Origin: Gordius albopunctatus
Lineage: Eukaryota
Direction: 5' to 3'
NCBI GenBank assembly: GCA_964276515.1
Contig: OZ193909.1
Location: forward strand, 7,874,001-7,938,000
DNA: 64,000 bases
Shown: positions 12,141-25,722 of the stretch, piece after piece
How the letters are laid out: every line of letters starts with the position of its first letter
Numbering within the stretch: position 1 is the first letter of the stretch
Position numbers and translations under genes: made by a program
The notes under the pieces: generated by a model
Database searches by the model: none
Told to the model about the DNA's origin: nothing
Seen by the model: the letters and a program-made list of their open reading frames with translations, nothing else

Positions 12141-15100
12141 ATTTCCATGTTAGAGTAATAAATTTTATACAACAAATTTACCTAATTACAAAATAGAATA
12201 ATTATTATTAATTTCACTTAAATTATACAAATTTAAAACCGCTCGCCTCTATTTCTTCTCTGCCTATGGCAAACGATAGAGTTGTTATAGAACGTTCATA
12301 TTTTTATATTTCAAACTTATTTTTTAAAATTATAAACCTTGACAAAGCTAATATAAATTTTGTAGAATTTTATTAACACGGCCATAGCAAAGCGGGACAG
12401 GGATGGGTGGCTGCCCCCTTTTAAATCTAAAAATTTGTTGAAATTTATTAAAATTAGGGCTAAATTTAAAAAATGTTCATTTTGCCCCTCCCTAAATCAT
12501 TGTTGACCCCCCTCTAATTCCATTGCTGGCTGCGCCCGGGGAGAAGGAACAAAAGTCACTTTAAATTTTTTACGTATTTTTGCATTGTTCCATAATCCCG
12601 TGAGCCTAACAACCCAACCCCAATAGAATAAAAAAATGTAATCAGCCGTTTCTTGTCTCCTCAATAGATAAAAATGCATGTCAATCATCAGAGATTCTGT
12701 CAAACATACATGATTTACATTATCTTCTCTGCGGGTTATCTTTTAAAGGTGGGGTGAATTGCAAAAAATTATTTCCCCCTCCCTTTTGATTGATTAGAGA
12801 TCGGATTCCCACTATCTGGCCCAATTTTATCATTAAATTGCCGGTGCCCCGTTTAAACCCTCTTGCGCCCGAGGCAATTAATTCGGACAAATAAAACACA
12901 CCACGTTAATGACATATTGATCGAAACAAAACTGCCAGCATTTGAATTAAAAGGGGCAATAATGATATAGAGAGGGGCAAAATGATGAGTTTTGATATTT
13001 TAGCCATAATTTTAATATAATCCAAAAAAAATTGGATATAGAAGGGGGGGGGGGAAGAGCTACGCACACGCCTTAATATTTTCATATTTTTTTAATGTAG
13101 AAATAGTAAGTAAAACCAAAAACCATAATTTACTTTAAAAAAACCCTCGCCCACTCGGCTTTATACTCCGCCCGACTTGAAAACAAATCCAATTTATTGA
13201 CATGCATAAAATATAAATAGCGATCCTCAACGGGTCGTTAATAAGTGGTTGTGGCCACCCATGGGCGTTGCCAGCAGGCTGAGCCCTCTAAATCCAACAA
13301 TTTGTTGAAATTTATTCAAATTGTGGCTAAAATTTGGAAAAATGATCATTTTGCCCCTACGTAAATCATTATTAACCCCTCTATCCCAATGCTAGCCCAT
13401 GTGGCCACCTCGTACTTGGTTTGAAAAACTTTCAGCCCCGCCTGTACCTATTTGCAAAACTCTCTCTAAGGATCCTTTCTAAGCTCGGCTGGTCAGGCCC
13501 GGCTACAAAAATTTAAATTTAGGTAACAGTTATTGTCATTTTACTAAAAAAATTAAGGTTTTTCGCTCCACACCTCGCCGTAAAATATTTTAATTTTTAC
13601 TCGTGTAATTTGTTCAGCGTCACAATATTATTATTATGCCCAGATTAGTTTGTACATTAATGGGACTAAAAAAACACTTTTCCGACATGTATCAGAGATC
13701 GATCCACATGTCCATAGTTGCGTCCATAGTCCTTTTGCAATGATTATTTCTAAATACTGGTAAATTACATTGCTATTGTAAAGAATCCCTACAATAAATT
13801 TGACTGGTTGCATTTTATGCAAAAAATTATGAATTTAAAACACCTTTAATTAATATTAAAGTTTGACACTATATATCTTTTAATATGATTTTAAAAACCA
13901 ATTAGACCTAAATGCTCATTTATCGCCGGTTAAAAATCAATATAAATTCCAGGACCGTGTTCAAAATAATAGGCTCGTCGTAGTCCGTTATTAAATTGTT
14001 TTGCCCGCTCGAGGGCGCCACATTTATTCATACCCGTCCATACCACGTGGATCGGACCTGTCTGTTTAGATCTCTAATTCAAACATTAATTTTACCCCTT
14101 TTCCCTTATCTTTAAATATCACTCAAAGCTAATTTATGGAAGATACTCTCATGGGCGTAGTGGCGGCTGCCCCCTTAAAATCCAAAAATTTGTTGCAATT
14201 GATGAAAATTCTAACTAAATTTTCAAAAAAATTTCATTTTGCCCCTACGTAAATTATTTTTGCCCCCCCCCCTAATTCCAATGCTGCATTTAAATTTTAG
14301 TTGTACTAAAAAGTGTTATTGTTCTCTCATTTAACTCCTCCATATCGGTACTGATTTTAAATGTCACAACGTCAAGAAAGGCTTATAAGCATAGGCCTTG
14401 GTAGATTTTGATTTTAGTGTGAAACGGCAAAATAAAAAGATAATTTTAACTTTCCTCTTGTCAAATACATATAAATGACTCTCCTATCCCAACCAAAAAT
14501 TGATGGAGATGCGTTCGTGTAACGCCTGCACTAAAGTCTACCCCACGATCATTTTATAAGCTGTTTAAAATTAAGAATTTTGTTTATTTAAACATAAATG
14601 AAATTAATTTCTAGCGTAATTTAAATTAGCTGGCCTTAGAGACAAGTGACAATTTAATAAAGGGTGGGTGAAACCACAAATATTTATATTGGCTGATCAT
14701 TTTATTTCTCCCTTATTGTGAAAACATCACAAAAACAATCAAAAATTGAAGCATCTTTTACAATTAACGCAAAACGATTCCTGACTTCGGGTATATGTTA
14801 AATATATTTAATGGATCAACTATGCAATAAAAATATGGAATCCTGTTAAAAGACATAAAATTTAATCGCTGACACATTTAATAAATTTAATTGCTGCACG
14901 ATTAATTTGATTTCTACAGACAAATTTAAAACAAGGAGATGTATCCGCCTACGCAGCGTTTGTGTTTCGATGACTCTTGGATAAAAATGCGGCGCGCTAG
15001 CTACCTTTCAAAGAACATTTCAAATTATTGAAGTTTGTAGCATATAGATTGCAAATTAACATCTGTAAAATAAATAAATTTTATTGCTTTATGAGGAAAT

Positions 15101-15715
15101 TTTATATCAAAATGATGTCAAACTTCGTAAATTAATTTGTTTAAAATTTCTCCATTCCCTTCAAATAAGGTATCCATGACTTAATTCGAGACTTTATTTA
15201 GAAGTTCATTAGCATTGACAAATATATTTGGACTTATAATTGCTTGAAATTAGTAAAAAGGCCTTACTAATTTTCCCAAATATCAGTAAACTATCTATTA
15301 ACGCCTAAAAATAAACTTAAATTAATTTACGCAGCAAAATTAAAATTTGCTAGAAATATACATTTCTTTCTTCTACAAAAAAACGACTCCAATCAATATT
15401 GTGACGCTTGCATAAAAAATGGCATGTTTTAAGCCAGGATGCATTACAAACAGAAAAGTGGAAGGGGGAAGGAAACAATGGAATTATGTATAATGAATGA
15501 TACGTTTAACTAACTACTGGTAGAGAGAGACTACCCCAAAATGTTATAAATCATTTGGGCAGTCAAAATTTTTCCTTCAATATACACTTCTTTTTGATGG
15601 ATGTTATAAGGGCCTAACGTTTTATTCTTACGAACTATTATTTTTTGAGATAATAATTTATTGGTTTTTCAAGATTTTCGCTTTAGTATAGTAGAGGATT
15701 TTAAAAACTTATGGC

Positions 15716-16314
15716 TAGAGCCCAGCCGGGCTCGGGCAGAATTTAATAAAACGATCGGGCTCGGATCGGGCCTGATCCCGATATGACTAAAGCAAACTAA
15801 TTTTTTATAAAATATGATTTGAACAAACTCAACTCGATATTAAATAATTATCGTACACCCACCGTACACAATATAGTATAGCTTCCAAGCTTAAGCCTTT
15901 TCCCCTTGTCTATAATATTTTGACCTAAATTGCAAATCTTATTATAGTATTTAAATAAATTCATAGTAGCTATTACTTTAGAAATTAAATAAGGAAATTT
16001 TTTTTAACGTTTTTATTTGGAACTGTTAGATAAAAAATATTTTATAAATTTAGATTTCCAATTTTAAATTATTGGCTGAATAAATTGTAGCGAATTAAAA
16101 TGAAAATTTTATTTCAAACTTATCCTAGTTGTAAATTACGATTAATAACAATTTAATGCATTATGTATTTATATATGGTAAAATAATTTTCAAAAATTTT
16201 AAAATAAATTATTGCAAATTTTCTATTTGAAAAATCGGGTTGGGCCAAAAATAAAAAAGTCGTTCGGGCTCGGGACGGGCTCGGGCAGAAAAAAATATAT
16301 TTTGCAGGGCTCTG
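15716..16314 (-). mobile_element. hAT-type MITE (same family as 25723-26443, opposite orientation)
   Basis: Ends TAGAGCCC ... GGGCTCTG; TSD CTTATGGC / CTTAAGGC (7/8); CGGGCT subterminal repeats. Confidence 0.8.
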
Positions 16315-16425
16315 CTTAAGGCTCAATTTTTTGTCAATCCTTATTAACCTGCCTGTTCACTTGCCCATGTAATGCCTAGGTCAGATATAAAATACCAACA
16401 AATCGGGTTTTGCATCACTTTGATC

Positions 16426-16703
16426 CAGGCGCCTAGCCAGGATTTTCTCATGGGGGAAGAAAGATTCAAATTTTTTTGACACTTTTATTTATAATGTAAT
16501 AAAAGTAAACATCGCGTACAATATATGCGAAACTTTAAGGCGCGCTATATAACCAGCTTTAGAAAAATCTCTTCTATTCATTAATCAGAGCATTTACTAT
16601 CGATTTTATATCTTAAAAAAGGACATGGACCTTCAAAAAAAATTCAAATTTTGGTCAAGGGGGTAAAAAATTCCAGCTTTCTGTCCCCTTGGCTACGCCC
16701 CTG
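16426..16703 (+). mobile_element. hAT-type MITE (~280 bp)
   Basis: TIR CAGGCGCCTAGCCA / TGGCTACGCCCCTG, perfect 8-bp TSD CTTTGATC; near-identical copy at 49755-50034. Confidence 0.9.
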
Positions 16704-16801
16704 CTTTGATCAATTTTTGGTAATTATTAATTTTAATTACGGTGAGCGATGACAAAGTTAAAAAAGTCGTAAAAAATGCTAAAATTACCTTCTTCCTTTA
16801 G

Positions 16802-17589
16802 CCCTCCAATGTTCTTATGGGGTCTCAGAAACCCCACGAAAGTTATAATATAACACCACTTAAAAAGTTTTAGTTTAGATTTAGAGATTTGTTTTTTTTA
16901 GAGTTTTCATAATTATGCAAAAGCTACATTTACTGAAAATTTCATAGGATTTGCCTCAATACTTTTGGAGATACAGGCGTTTGGGGTCCTATAAACCCCA
17001 TAAGGTTAATTAAGAAAGTTTTTTTTATATTTTTGATCAACATTTTTTTTATTTTTAACTTAAAAATAGTAATTTAAGCATGTGTATAACATTTGGGTCA
17101 ATATCGCTAATTATATTTGTTTATAGAAAACAAGATTTTCGTGCAATAGGTGTCAAAACCCTGTTTGTGTTGATCACACTATAATATTTTGCGAAAATGA
17201 CCATTTTTTAGAGTCTTCTATTTTTTTACTTTATAATCATTTTATCATGAATGCATGTTTTTTATATTATTCAAACCTTAAATAAAAAAACATTTGCTTT
17301 TTGTATTTCTACTAACTCTTTGGTCTCCATTACAAAAATAAAACATGACATTTTGATTTTTATTCATTTTATTTGTGTTTGGTAAATTGCATATAATTTT
17401 AGAATTACTATTTATAATTAAATTATTTTTTTTACAAACCTATAAGAGGCTTTAATAAATTTATATTTAAAATTTGAGAAGTGTTAGTGTAATGCTTTTA
17501 AAATTATGACCATTTCAAGAATGGGGTCCTACAAACCCCATAAGTCACTTCAGGGTTGGGATTTCTATAAGTACATCATTGGAGGAGGG
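16802..17589. mobile_element. piggyBac-like MITE
   Basis: CCCTCCAATG ... CATTGGAGGAGGG termini flanked by TTAG on both sides; internal repeated TGGGGTC..AAACCCCA motif. Confidence 0.65.
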
Positions 17590-17859
17590 TTAGTAAGCAC
17601 TTTTAAATGGTAGGGAGGGAGCTTGCTGGGGTAAAGATGAAAAAGTGAGATAGGCAAAGTTATAAATCCCGCCTATTTTCCCATTATGATTTATTAGCCA
17701 CCCTCCTCATTCTCCTCCCCTTCTCAATATTTCATCCATACCTCCATAATAAAAAATATCCACAAGTCAGCACACTGGCGCCAGCTAATTTTATTTCGGC
17801 ATCAAAATCATTTAGGCCAAATATCTTTTCATTTCCAAATCATTTTTTCCTCATTTTTA

Positions 17860-20800
17860 ATGTCTATCATCTTAAATATTGACATCGATTTCAAGATCCA
17901 TTCATCATTGATCGGAAAACGTGGAAATCAAATTCAGGAGCTTATGAACAGCACCAAAACTTTAATACACTTCCCTGATATAAATAAAACATCCCACCTC
18001 AAATCTAATACGGTAATGACAGTTTCCATGAAAATTAATATGCTAGGATTTTAGCTAAAGGTTTGTTAAACTATTTTAAGGAAAAATGATAATTATTTTA
18101 AGAATGAGTCTAAATTTCATATATATTTAAATGCCCCGTTTCCCACTAGCGTTTTTTTGGGAATTGTTTATGAATTTATTTTTTACATTTGTTCATACTT
18201 TTTAAAGAAGTTTTTGTTAGGTAAACATTAAAGGACCAGTTGCAAGTATATCCAACGTGGTCGATGAAATTCGCTCAAATCAACCTTTTGTCTTGTTCAT
18301 GCACGTGGTTTTCAGTCAAAAAAGCGATTTCCACAAAATGGAGGCGATTCGACTATATTTTGCCGTGGTAATAAAATAATAGTTTAATATATAGTGACAC
18401 ATTTAATTTTTATAAGACGGTCTATTTGTTTTGTTATTTAAGGTTTCTTTTGAGCGATTTCGCCCATGGGAAGTGTTAACACTGTATTGCATGAACTATG
18501 TTAGAATAATATTTTTTTGGCAAACTAGATTTTTTATTTGTCTCGATACTATTGATAATCTCATCGCTCACTTTTTTAAAATATCTTAGAAGATGAACGG
18601 TATGTGTATTCAAATCAGAGGTCAGATTTGTTAGGAATTTTATGCCCGAACCCGGCCCGGTTCAATTTTTTAACTTTGCCTGCCCGAACCTTCTAGGTGC
18701 CCGCCCGGGTCCGCCCAAACATTAAAGCTGCCCGGCCCGAAATATTAAATTTGTCTGTTAGGCCCGAAATTTTGCAATCTCAAATTCCTTCAACCACAAT
18801 TAAAAAATAAGCATTAAATTAATGGCATATTTAATAAAACTAGTCCATGAAAATATTTATGTAGCAATTTTTTAATTAAGTTTAAAGTTTACATATTTAA
18901 TAAATAATATTACAATAAACAAAACTATACTCCCCTCTAACCATAAATAAACTTCTTAATGAATAAAATTTGTCAATCTGTGCTCTGTTAAAACTTACTT
19001 TTTTGATAAAAATACAATAATTTATCTATAGAATTTAAATAAAATTTATGGATAATTCTTTTAACTTAAAGCAAAAAAGAAAGGTATAGAAATGTTTTAC
19101 CATGAAAATAAGTAGTAACTTAGCGAAAGCGACGAACGATAAGGGAATAATAAAGGTTAATTGGAGAAACTTTGTGATGGCGAAATCAAGTTTCTTAACT
19201 TTTTAGCATTTTAATATGCAATAAAATAAAAAGTAATAAAATAATACACTATTTAAAAAATCTTATTAAGTCCGAATTGCCCGAATCCTATCTTCGTGCC
19301 GCCCGCCCGGGCCCGCCCGAAAATAAAAATTTGCCCGGGCCGGGCAATCTGGTCTCTGATTCAAATCCACATTATGCAATTAAGGTTACAAATTTCAATT
19401 TTTCCACAATAATTTTTATTATACTCTAAACTATAAATATATATAACTTTATTATGAATTGAATTACAACAAATATTTAATGTTTCAACATTTTAATTTT
19501 CATGAAAATCTATAAATCAATTATTTGTGGGCGTAAAACATCAATATACACCAAATTTTGCATCCTGGCAGTTTACATCTACCCTTTTTATCATTATGTT
19601 TGGGCCAGTGAGCTGTGAGGTCTTTCCTAACCTCCTTTTTTACATTTTTCCCGATAACCACTCTCAACTGATTTTCGTTTTGGAATATTGTTTGTAGTGC
19701 ATTTGCCATATTTGCAAAGGACTTCCGCCACCGAAATTTTGATATTGTACAAACTTATTCGATCCTTGCCTGCTATTGCTATACTATTATATTTGTATAG
19801 CAACCAAGAATTTATAAGTAACATGTCGAATACATGAAATAAAATTCGATGCTACCATTTTCTTGATTTGGTATGAATTCTATGTAATGAAAGTAAAGAA
19901 TCCAAAGATCTAATCTACACCTCCCATGGATTTATTATAAACTTAACAATGTTTGGACATTTCATCATTATTTTATCCTTTTTCTTCTATCATATCTTTC
20001 GCAATCCATATGAGGATGTGCACCTACAAAAGTGCTCAATGAGGTCACAGCACGATTGTCGTGCCACTTCACTCAATTTAACTCACCTCTCCGTTTATTA
20101 CTGTTTTTTTAGACAAAAAATCCTTGCCCTTTTCTTCAAACTCCTTATCTGTTGGGAGGTTGATATCGATTACCTCTGACCGTGGCCGCGCTAAATATCC
20201 CTCGCCGCGAGTACGACTTGCGAATTTGGTGAACAAAACCAGTTATCAAAAAATAATTTATAATTAATTTGCTGCGGTATATAAGAAACTAAACGTAGCA
20301 CAGCATTGCTTCGAAAAATCGGGTCGGACCTAAATAAAAAAATGTCTTTCGGGCTCGGGCAAAATAAAAATCGAGAAGTCGAGCCGGACTCGGACAGAAT
20401 AAATTTCATTTTGTAGGGCTCTAGGTATGGTACACGATTCATTTTCATAATTCTAAAAATATGAAACTCAAATAAAACACCTTATGTGCATAATGTGTCT
20501 TTAAAGCAACATATGATTATTACAAAATATAAGTATCAAAAATAATGAATATTTATAAAATACTTTCATAAACATTAATTTTTACCTTTTATTTATGTAT
20601 TTTAATGTTTTGAAATTTGTCAAATTTATTATTTATCCTTTTAGGATGTGTAGAAAATTGAGAAAAAAATCTTATAAAAAATTGCCATTTTTAAAAATAA
20701 GGTTTCATAAATTGCGAAATTAAAAATATATAATAGATCACTTGGGCCATATTAACATTCGAATCGAAGATATGGATTGTGGCTTCAAATACACACCATG

Positions 20801-22452
20801 CAATTGATTTAAAATTTATTTATAAAATATTGATCATATAATTTGTGGTATGTGTATTGAGAAACACAGTATGCAATACAGGAAATTGTTGTTTTTTATT
20901 TTAAATGTGTGATATAGGATTTTTAAATTCTTTTAAAAAACCCTGTATGTCGCAAAATGTTAATATTGTTGACTATAGTAAATATTAAAGATCTTCCATT
21001 ATATTGGGGTGCGTTTTTAGGAGTTCAGAAAAGTGGATTGCAATTTTCGCTGGTTATTCTTGGAAGCAAATCGTGGGCTGGCCGTCATAAAATTCAAGGA
21101 GATGATATCGCGCCACATATATGACACTTTGAAAATGGTGGTCGCAAAGAGTCCGCAGGTAATTTTTTTATTGCGTTCGATAGTAGAACAAAAAATTACT
21201 TGTTTTTTATTTTTAGGTCCACTTTCTTTTTCAAGTTTCGACGACAGTTAGCACCAGTACGAATTTGGAATGCTTTAAAAACTCTAAGCTGCACGTTGAT
21301 GTTGAAAAAGTTGGCATTAATGATCAAAGTCTTGGTGCCCCTACTAAAGTGGTAACCCTTTCTGGTTTCTCTCTTACGGAAATCATAGAAGCTTGCATCG
21401 AATTGAGAGTAATACAATTAATTTTAATAATAATAATAAACTAAGTGTATGAGGGGAGGGGCGTCATTTTAAAATTTTTATTAAAAATTTCCATCTTATC
21501 TTTGTAAGAAACGCTGGTCTTTAGTTGGGTTGCCAATCTAAAGTGATATCTTAGTTGAAAATTAATTTCTATAATAGACATGCCCCCCCCCCCCTAAATG
21601 GCGTAAAAAATTATTTTTCAATGCAAAAACCCTTAAAAATTTACGTTTTGGCCCCCCCCCTAGAGGCTTGCAAATTCACTTTTTTTCAACCCGAACCCGA
21701 CCCGACCCGAAAGCGTTTTTAAATCTTCAACCCGAACCCGACCCGAAAGCGTTTTTTTAAATATAAATTTTGCAAATAAAATAAGTATGAAATTTTAGAT
21801 CCACATAATAATAAATAAAACTTACCATTTTGTTGATTCATGAATATTTAATTATATCTTTATGTAGTTAAATTTATTATTTACTCTATAGACTATAAAC
21901 AATAATAAATACTCATTTGTTAATATTTTACCTTTCGTGATTCAACTTTAAATTTAACTACATAAAGATATAATTAAATCGTTTACTTACATACTCCATA
22001 TAATTTAAGAAAAGCTTTTTAACCTAATAAAACTTTTGTGCTTCGATAATAATTTAGCGTCAATTACCACTGGAAGCGATTTTTGAAATAGACGCAAGCA
22101 ATGTGCCCTTTCTCGAAATAGCTTTATTGCCCATCGCGCGACAAATGGGGTTTAAAATAAACTGTAAAGTCCTAGAGAACAAGGTAAGTAATTCTTAAGT
22201 ACTTGTCTAAAGCCAATTGATTGGTCTTATTAATTTTGGGGGTAAAAATTTACCCCTTGTATTTGTATTGTTTTATTGTGGATTTAGGCTCAAATCACCA
22301 TCAAAACCATTGAACAACATGTGGAGGACGTTTTAGTTGTTTGCCAATTATCTACAAGTTATTTCGGGTCAGCATTATCAAAGAGGTAATTTTGATTAAA
22401 TTCCACTTTACTCATTTGGCCCATCCTTAGAAAGTGCCCGCGATCCGTCTGA
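17860..22452 (+). CDS. Divergent Bicaudal-C/GLD-3-like multi-KH RNA-binding protein with no SAM domain; middle disrupted, possibly a pseudogene
   Basis: Exons 17860-18012 (IHSSLIGKRGNQIQELM..IHFPD..KSNT, KH GxxG), 18221-18367 (VNIKGP..EIRSNQPFVLFM), 18443-?, 21021-21158, 21217-21408 (VVTLSG..ACIELR), 22058-22183 (RQLPLEAIFEI), 22288-22385 (ITIKTIEQHV), 22431-22452 (stop). These parallel the BicC KH/KH-like repeats (IHFPDSN..KSNQVSIAG, LPLVLMF, VIVKSVERN). Confidence 0.7.
18616..19358 (+). mobile_element. hAT-type MITE in an intron of the KH gene
   Basis: Imperfect TIR CAGAGGTCAGATT / AATCTGGTCTCTG, perfect TSD ATTCAAAT, GCCC(G) subrepeats; relatives at 41633-42019 and 53799-~54710. Confidence 0.9.
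19521..20320 (-). pseudogene. piggyBac transposase remnant (PGBD3-like C-terminal half)
   Basis: VLRLV..NYKLFFDNWF.SP, CPNIVKVYNKSMGGVD, LLINSWLLYK, EVRKDLTAHWP..KGRCKLPGCK; frameshifts and stops; capped by a MITE fragment at ~20320-20423. Confidence 0.9.
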
Positions 22453-23387
22453 ATCATGGGAGTAATCTAACATGAAAATCAATAGGACTTCATCTACATT
22501 TAACATTCATTATAGATTAGCCAAAAATTTATTTTGTCTCTTTGACACCCTCCTGACACACCAACCCACATCATATTATCTATATACTTGATCTCAACTA
22601 TTACATACATTATATATATTGGTATATGATTGAAATTTAATGTGTAATAATAACATTAGATTTAATAAATTATTATAAAATGCTTTGTTTATTGTGGACC
22701 CCAAACAATTTTATAATGCCAATAAAATTGATTATAGATGACATTTTAATTATAACGGTAAAGACGGCCAAAGTCATAGGTACAAGTTCAAGCGAATTTT
22801 AAAGGAGAAATTACATAATGTAAGAGATAACGGACAATTTTCAGAAATGTCTTAATCGCTAATTTATTTTATATGCTTTGGATATCCTTAAACCCTGATA
22901 AAATATGTATAATATGTTTTGTGATGCTGGGAGGTTCATTAATAGAATATTTTATTAAGACATTTAAAATCTAATCGTCCTTTCAAAAACTGCTACCGAA
23001 CGCGTATATAATAAACTTTTTTAATTTAAACAAAAAATTATAAAGCGAGGAGGTAGACTTTCAGAAGCGAAAAAACTAGTAGTCTAAATTGGACATTTTT
23101 ATTTTGAGTTTGTCAAATAATTAATTTAGAATCGGGAAAATGTTTTAAACTGCATATGTCTCATGATAAATTGATGATTTTTGTAACAAGATTTGTATCA
23201 GCAGTTAATTTTCGCTATCTATAAAACTTTAAATTTTAAAAAATTGCATTTTGACGTAGCTTAACACCCTAAACTAAATGACAGGTTTATGGGCGTGGCC
23301 AGATGGTAGGAAGGTCCAACTTCTTCCCGTTTATATTTCGGGAAGCTCAAACATTCAGAAAATCATCATACCCCTTTGAACCTCTTA

Positions 23388-25299
23388 TTTTATTAATTGC
23401 TATGCAATTTATGGGCTCGTTTTTGGTTGTCCGTCCGTCCGTCCGTCCACCAAGTTATTTACACCAGCTTCCCGACCTGGAGGTTGCGGGTTCGAGACCC
23501 GGAGAGGACAAAATTTTTTTTTTTTTTTTTAAATTAAATTAATATTTTTTTCTTGTTAATACCATTGATAATATGACTTTTTGACCGTCCGCAGGCTACT
23601 GACCAATGAAAAAATGACCACTGGCCAGATAAATCGAAATTTTTAATTTTTCGTTTTTGAATAGTTTAACATTGATAATTACCCTATGCCCTCCCCTACA
23701 AGGGCCTATGGCTCTATTTATATGGTTCCCTGTTCCCCTCCAAAGGCTTATGCCTCTATTTAATGTGGGTTTGAATCCCGGCGAACGTTCTAAATTGATG
23801 GTTCGAGACCCGGAGAGGACAAAAATTTTTATTTTTTTTTAAATTAAATTAATATATTGTTCTTGTTAATACCATTGATAATATGAATTTTTTACCGTCC
23901 GCAGGCTACTGACCAATGAAAAAATGACCACTTGCCAGATAAATCGAAATTTTTAATTTTTTGTTTTTGAATAGTTTAACATTGATAATTACCCTATGCC
24001 CTCCCCTACAAGGGCCTATGGCTCTATTTATATGGTTCCCTGTTCCCCTCCAAAGGCTTATGCCTCTATTTAATGTGGGTTCGAATCCCGGAGAGGGCAA
24101 AATTTTTATTTTTTTAATTAATTTAATATTTTGTTCTTGTTAATACCATTGATAATATGACTTTTTGACCGTCCGCTGGCTACTGACCAATGAAAAAATG
24201 AACATTGGCCAAATAAATCCTAATTTTTCGTTTTTCCTTTTTGAATAAGTTAACATTGATAATTGAAAAAAATTACCATTGGCCAAATAAATCAAAATTT
24301 TTTGTTCGTTTTTGAATAGGTTAACATTGATAATTACCCTATACTTTTTAATAATTGCTATGCAATTTATCTAGTTTTTGGGTTAGAATCCCGGAGTTTT
24401 TTTTGACTCTTATGATTGTTCTTGTTACTATCAATGATAATAAGACTTTTTGGCCGTCCGCTGGCTGCTGACCAATGAAAAAAATGACCATTGGCCAAAA
24501 TATGTATCCGAGTTTATTTTTTCGTTTTTTTTGAATATTATGATTGTTCCTGTTCCTACCATTGCTATTATGACTTTTTGGCCGTCCGCTGGCTGCTGAC
24601 CAATGGAATAAAATGACCATTGGCCAAAATGTGATTCGAAAATTTTTTTTTCGTTTATTTTTGACTGTTATGAATTTATATCCACTTTTACCGTGTCCTG
24701 GCTGCTGACCAATGGAAAAAATGACCATTGGCCAAAATGTGAATCGAAATTATTTTTTCCGTTTTTTTTGACTATTATGATTGTTCCTGTTCCTACCATT
24801 GCTATTATGACTTTTTGGCCGTCCGCTGGCTGCTGACCAATGGAATAAAATAACCATTGGCCAAAATGTGATTCGAAAACTTTTTTTTCGTTTTTTTTGA
24901 CTATTATGAATTTATATCCACTTTTACCGTGTCCTGGCTGCTGACCAATGGAAAAAAATGACCTTTGGCCAAAATGTGATTCGAAAATTTTTTTTTCGTT
25001 TTTTTTGACTATTATGATTTTTCCTGTTCCTACCATTGCTATTATGACTTTTTGGTAATACAACTCCCGTAGAATTTAACTAACCATAAAGCTTCCCCTT
25101 CGCTCCCTCTCTCCCCCTTTATGATATTTGGCATATACACTTATTTAGTGCTTCCAACCTTCGTTTTGCAATATTCACGTAAGTATTTCCATAAATTGCA
25201 TAGCAAATATGATACATTTATACGGAGTGTAGATGAGTTCCCCCTTCCTTCCCCTCCTCCCCTTCCCCCTTCCCACGAGGGCCGAAGGCCCGAGTTTTT
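23388..25299 (+). mobile_element. Helentron-associated / DINE-1-like non-autonomous element (HINE)
   Basis: T-rich 5' end; subTIR TTGCTATGCAATTTATGG (23397-23414) with perfect inverted copy CCATAAATTGCATAGCAA (25189-25206); (GTCC)5 microsatellite; central ~120-bp tandem repeats; 3' hairpin GGGCC-GAA-GGCCC followed by a T-run. Confidence 0.8.
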
Positions 25300-25722
25300 A
25301 TTTGGTTGGATTGAAATTGTACAGCACGGTTTTATAGACTAAACTAAAACCATTCATTTTGACTTGCTAATTAAGGTTATATATTAACTAAACAATTTGT
25401 ACAATTAGATTGTTTCGGAGACAAAATATACATGCCCCTCCGCTAGTCATGTGGGCCCTATAAAAAAGGCGGAGAAAATTTTGGAGGTCTTTAATAATGA
25501 ACGAAATTGATATAGCATATTGTGCTCTAAAGTTATTAAATAGAGTATTAAGAACTGATTCATTGTTTACACAATTCTTTGAACTGTAAACTTTTTAATA
25601 ATTAAACTATCAACTTGAATAGAAGTCCCTTTTTTGAACTAATTAGCTTTTTAAATTATTAAATTCAGCGATATTACAAATATAGTAAAACCGGTTTATA
25701 AGTCAAGTTAATACATTGTACA

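Noticed and set aside
14920..15065. Possible plus-strand exon (AG..GT bounded, higher GC)
   Set aside because: All three frames contain stops and no homology is recognisable.
23460..23512. Functional tRNA gene
   Set aside because: Only the 3' half (T-arm/B-box) is present, with no complete cloverleaf, and it is embedded in a repeat.
24340..25060. Regularly spaced repeats resembling a CRISPR array, plus repetitive ORFs (GQWSFFSIGQQP..)
   Set aside because: The 'spacers' are themselves repeated, there are no cas genes, and the context is eukaryotic; this is the HINE central tandem array and the ORFs are by-products.
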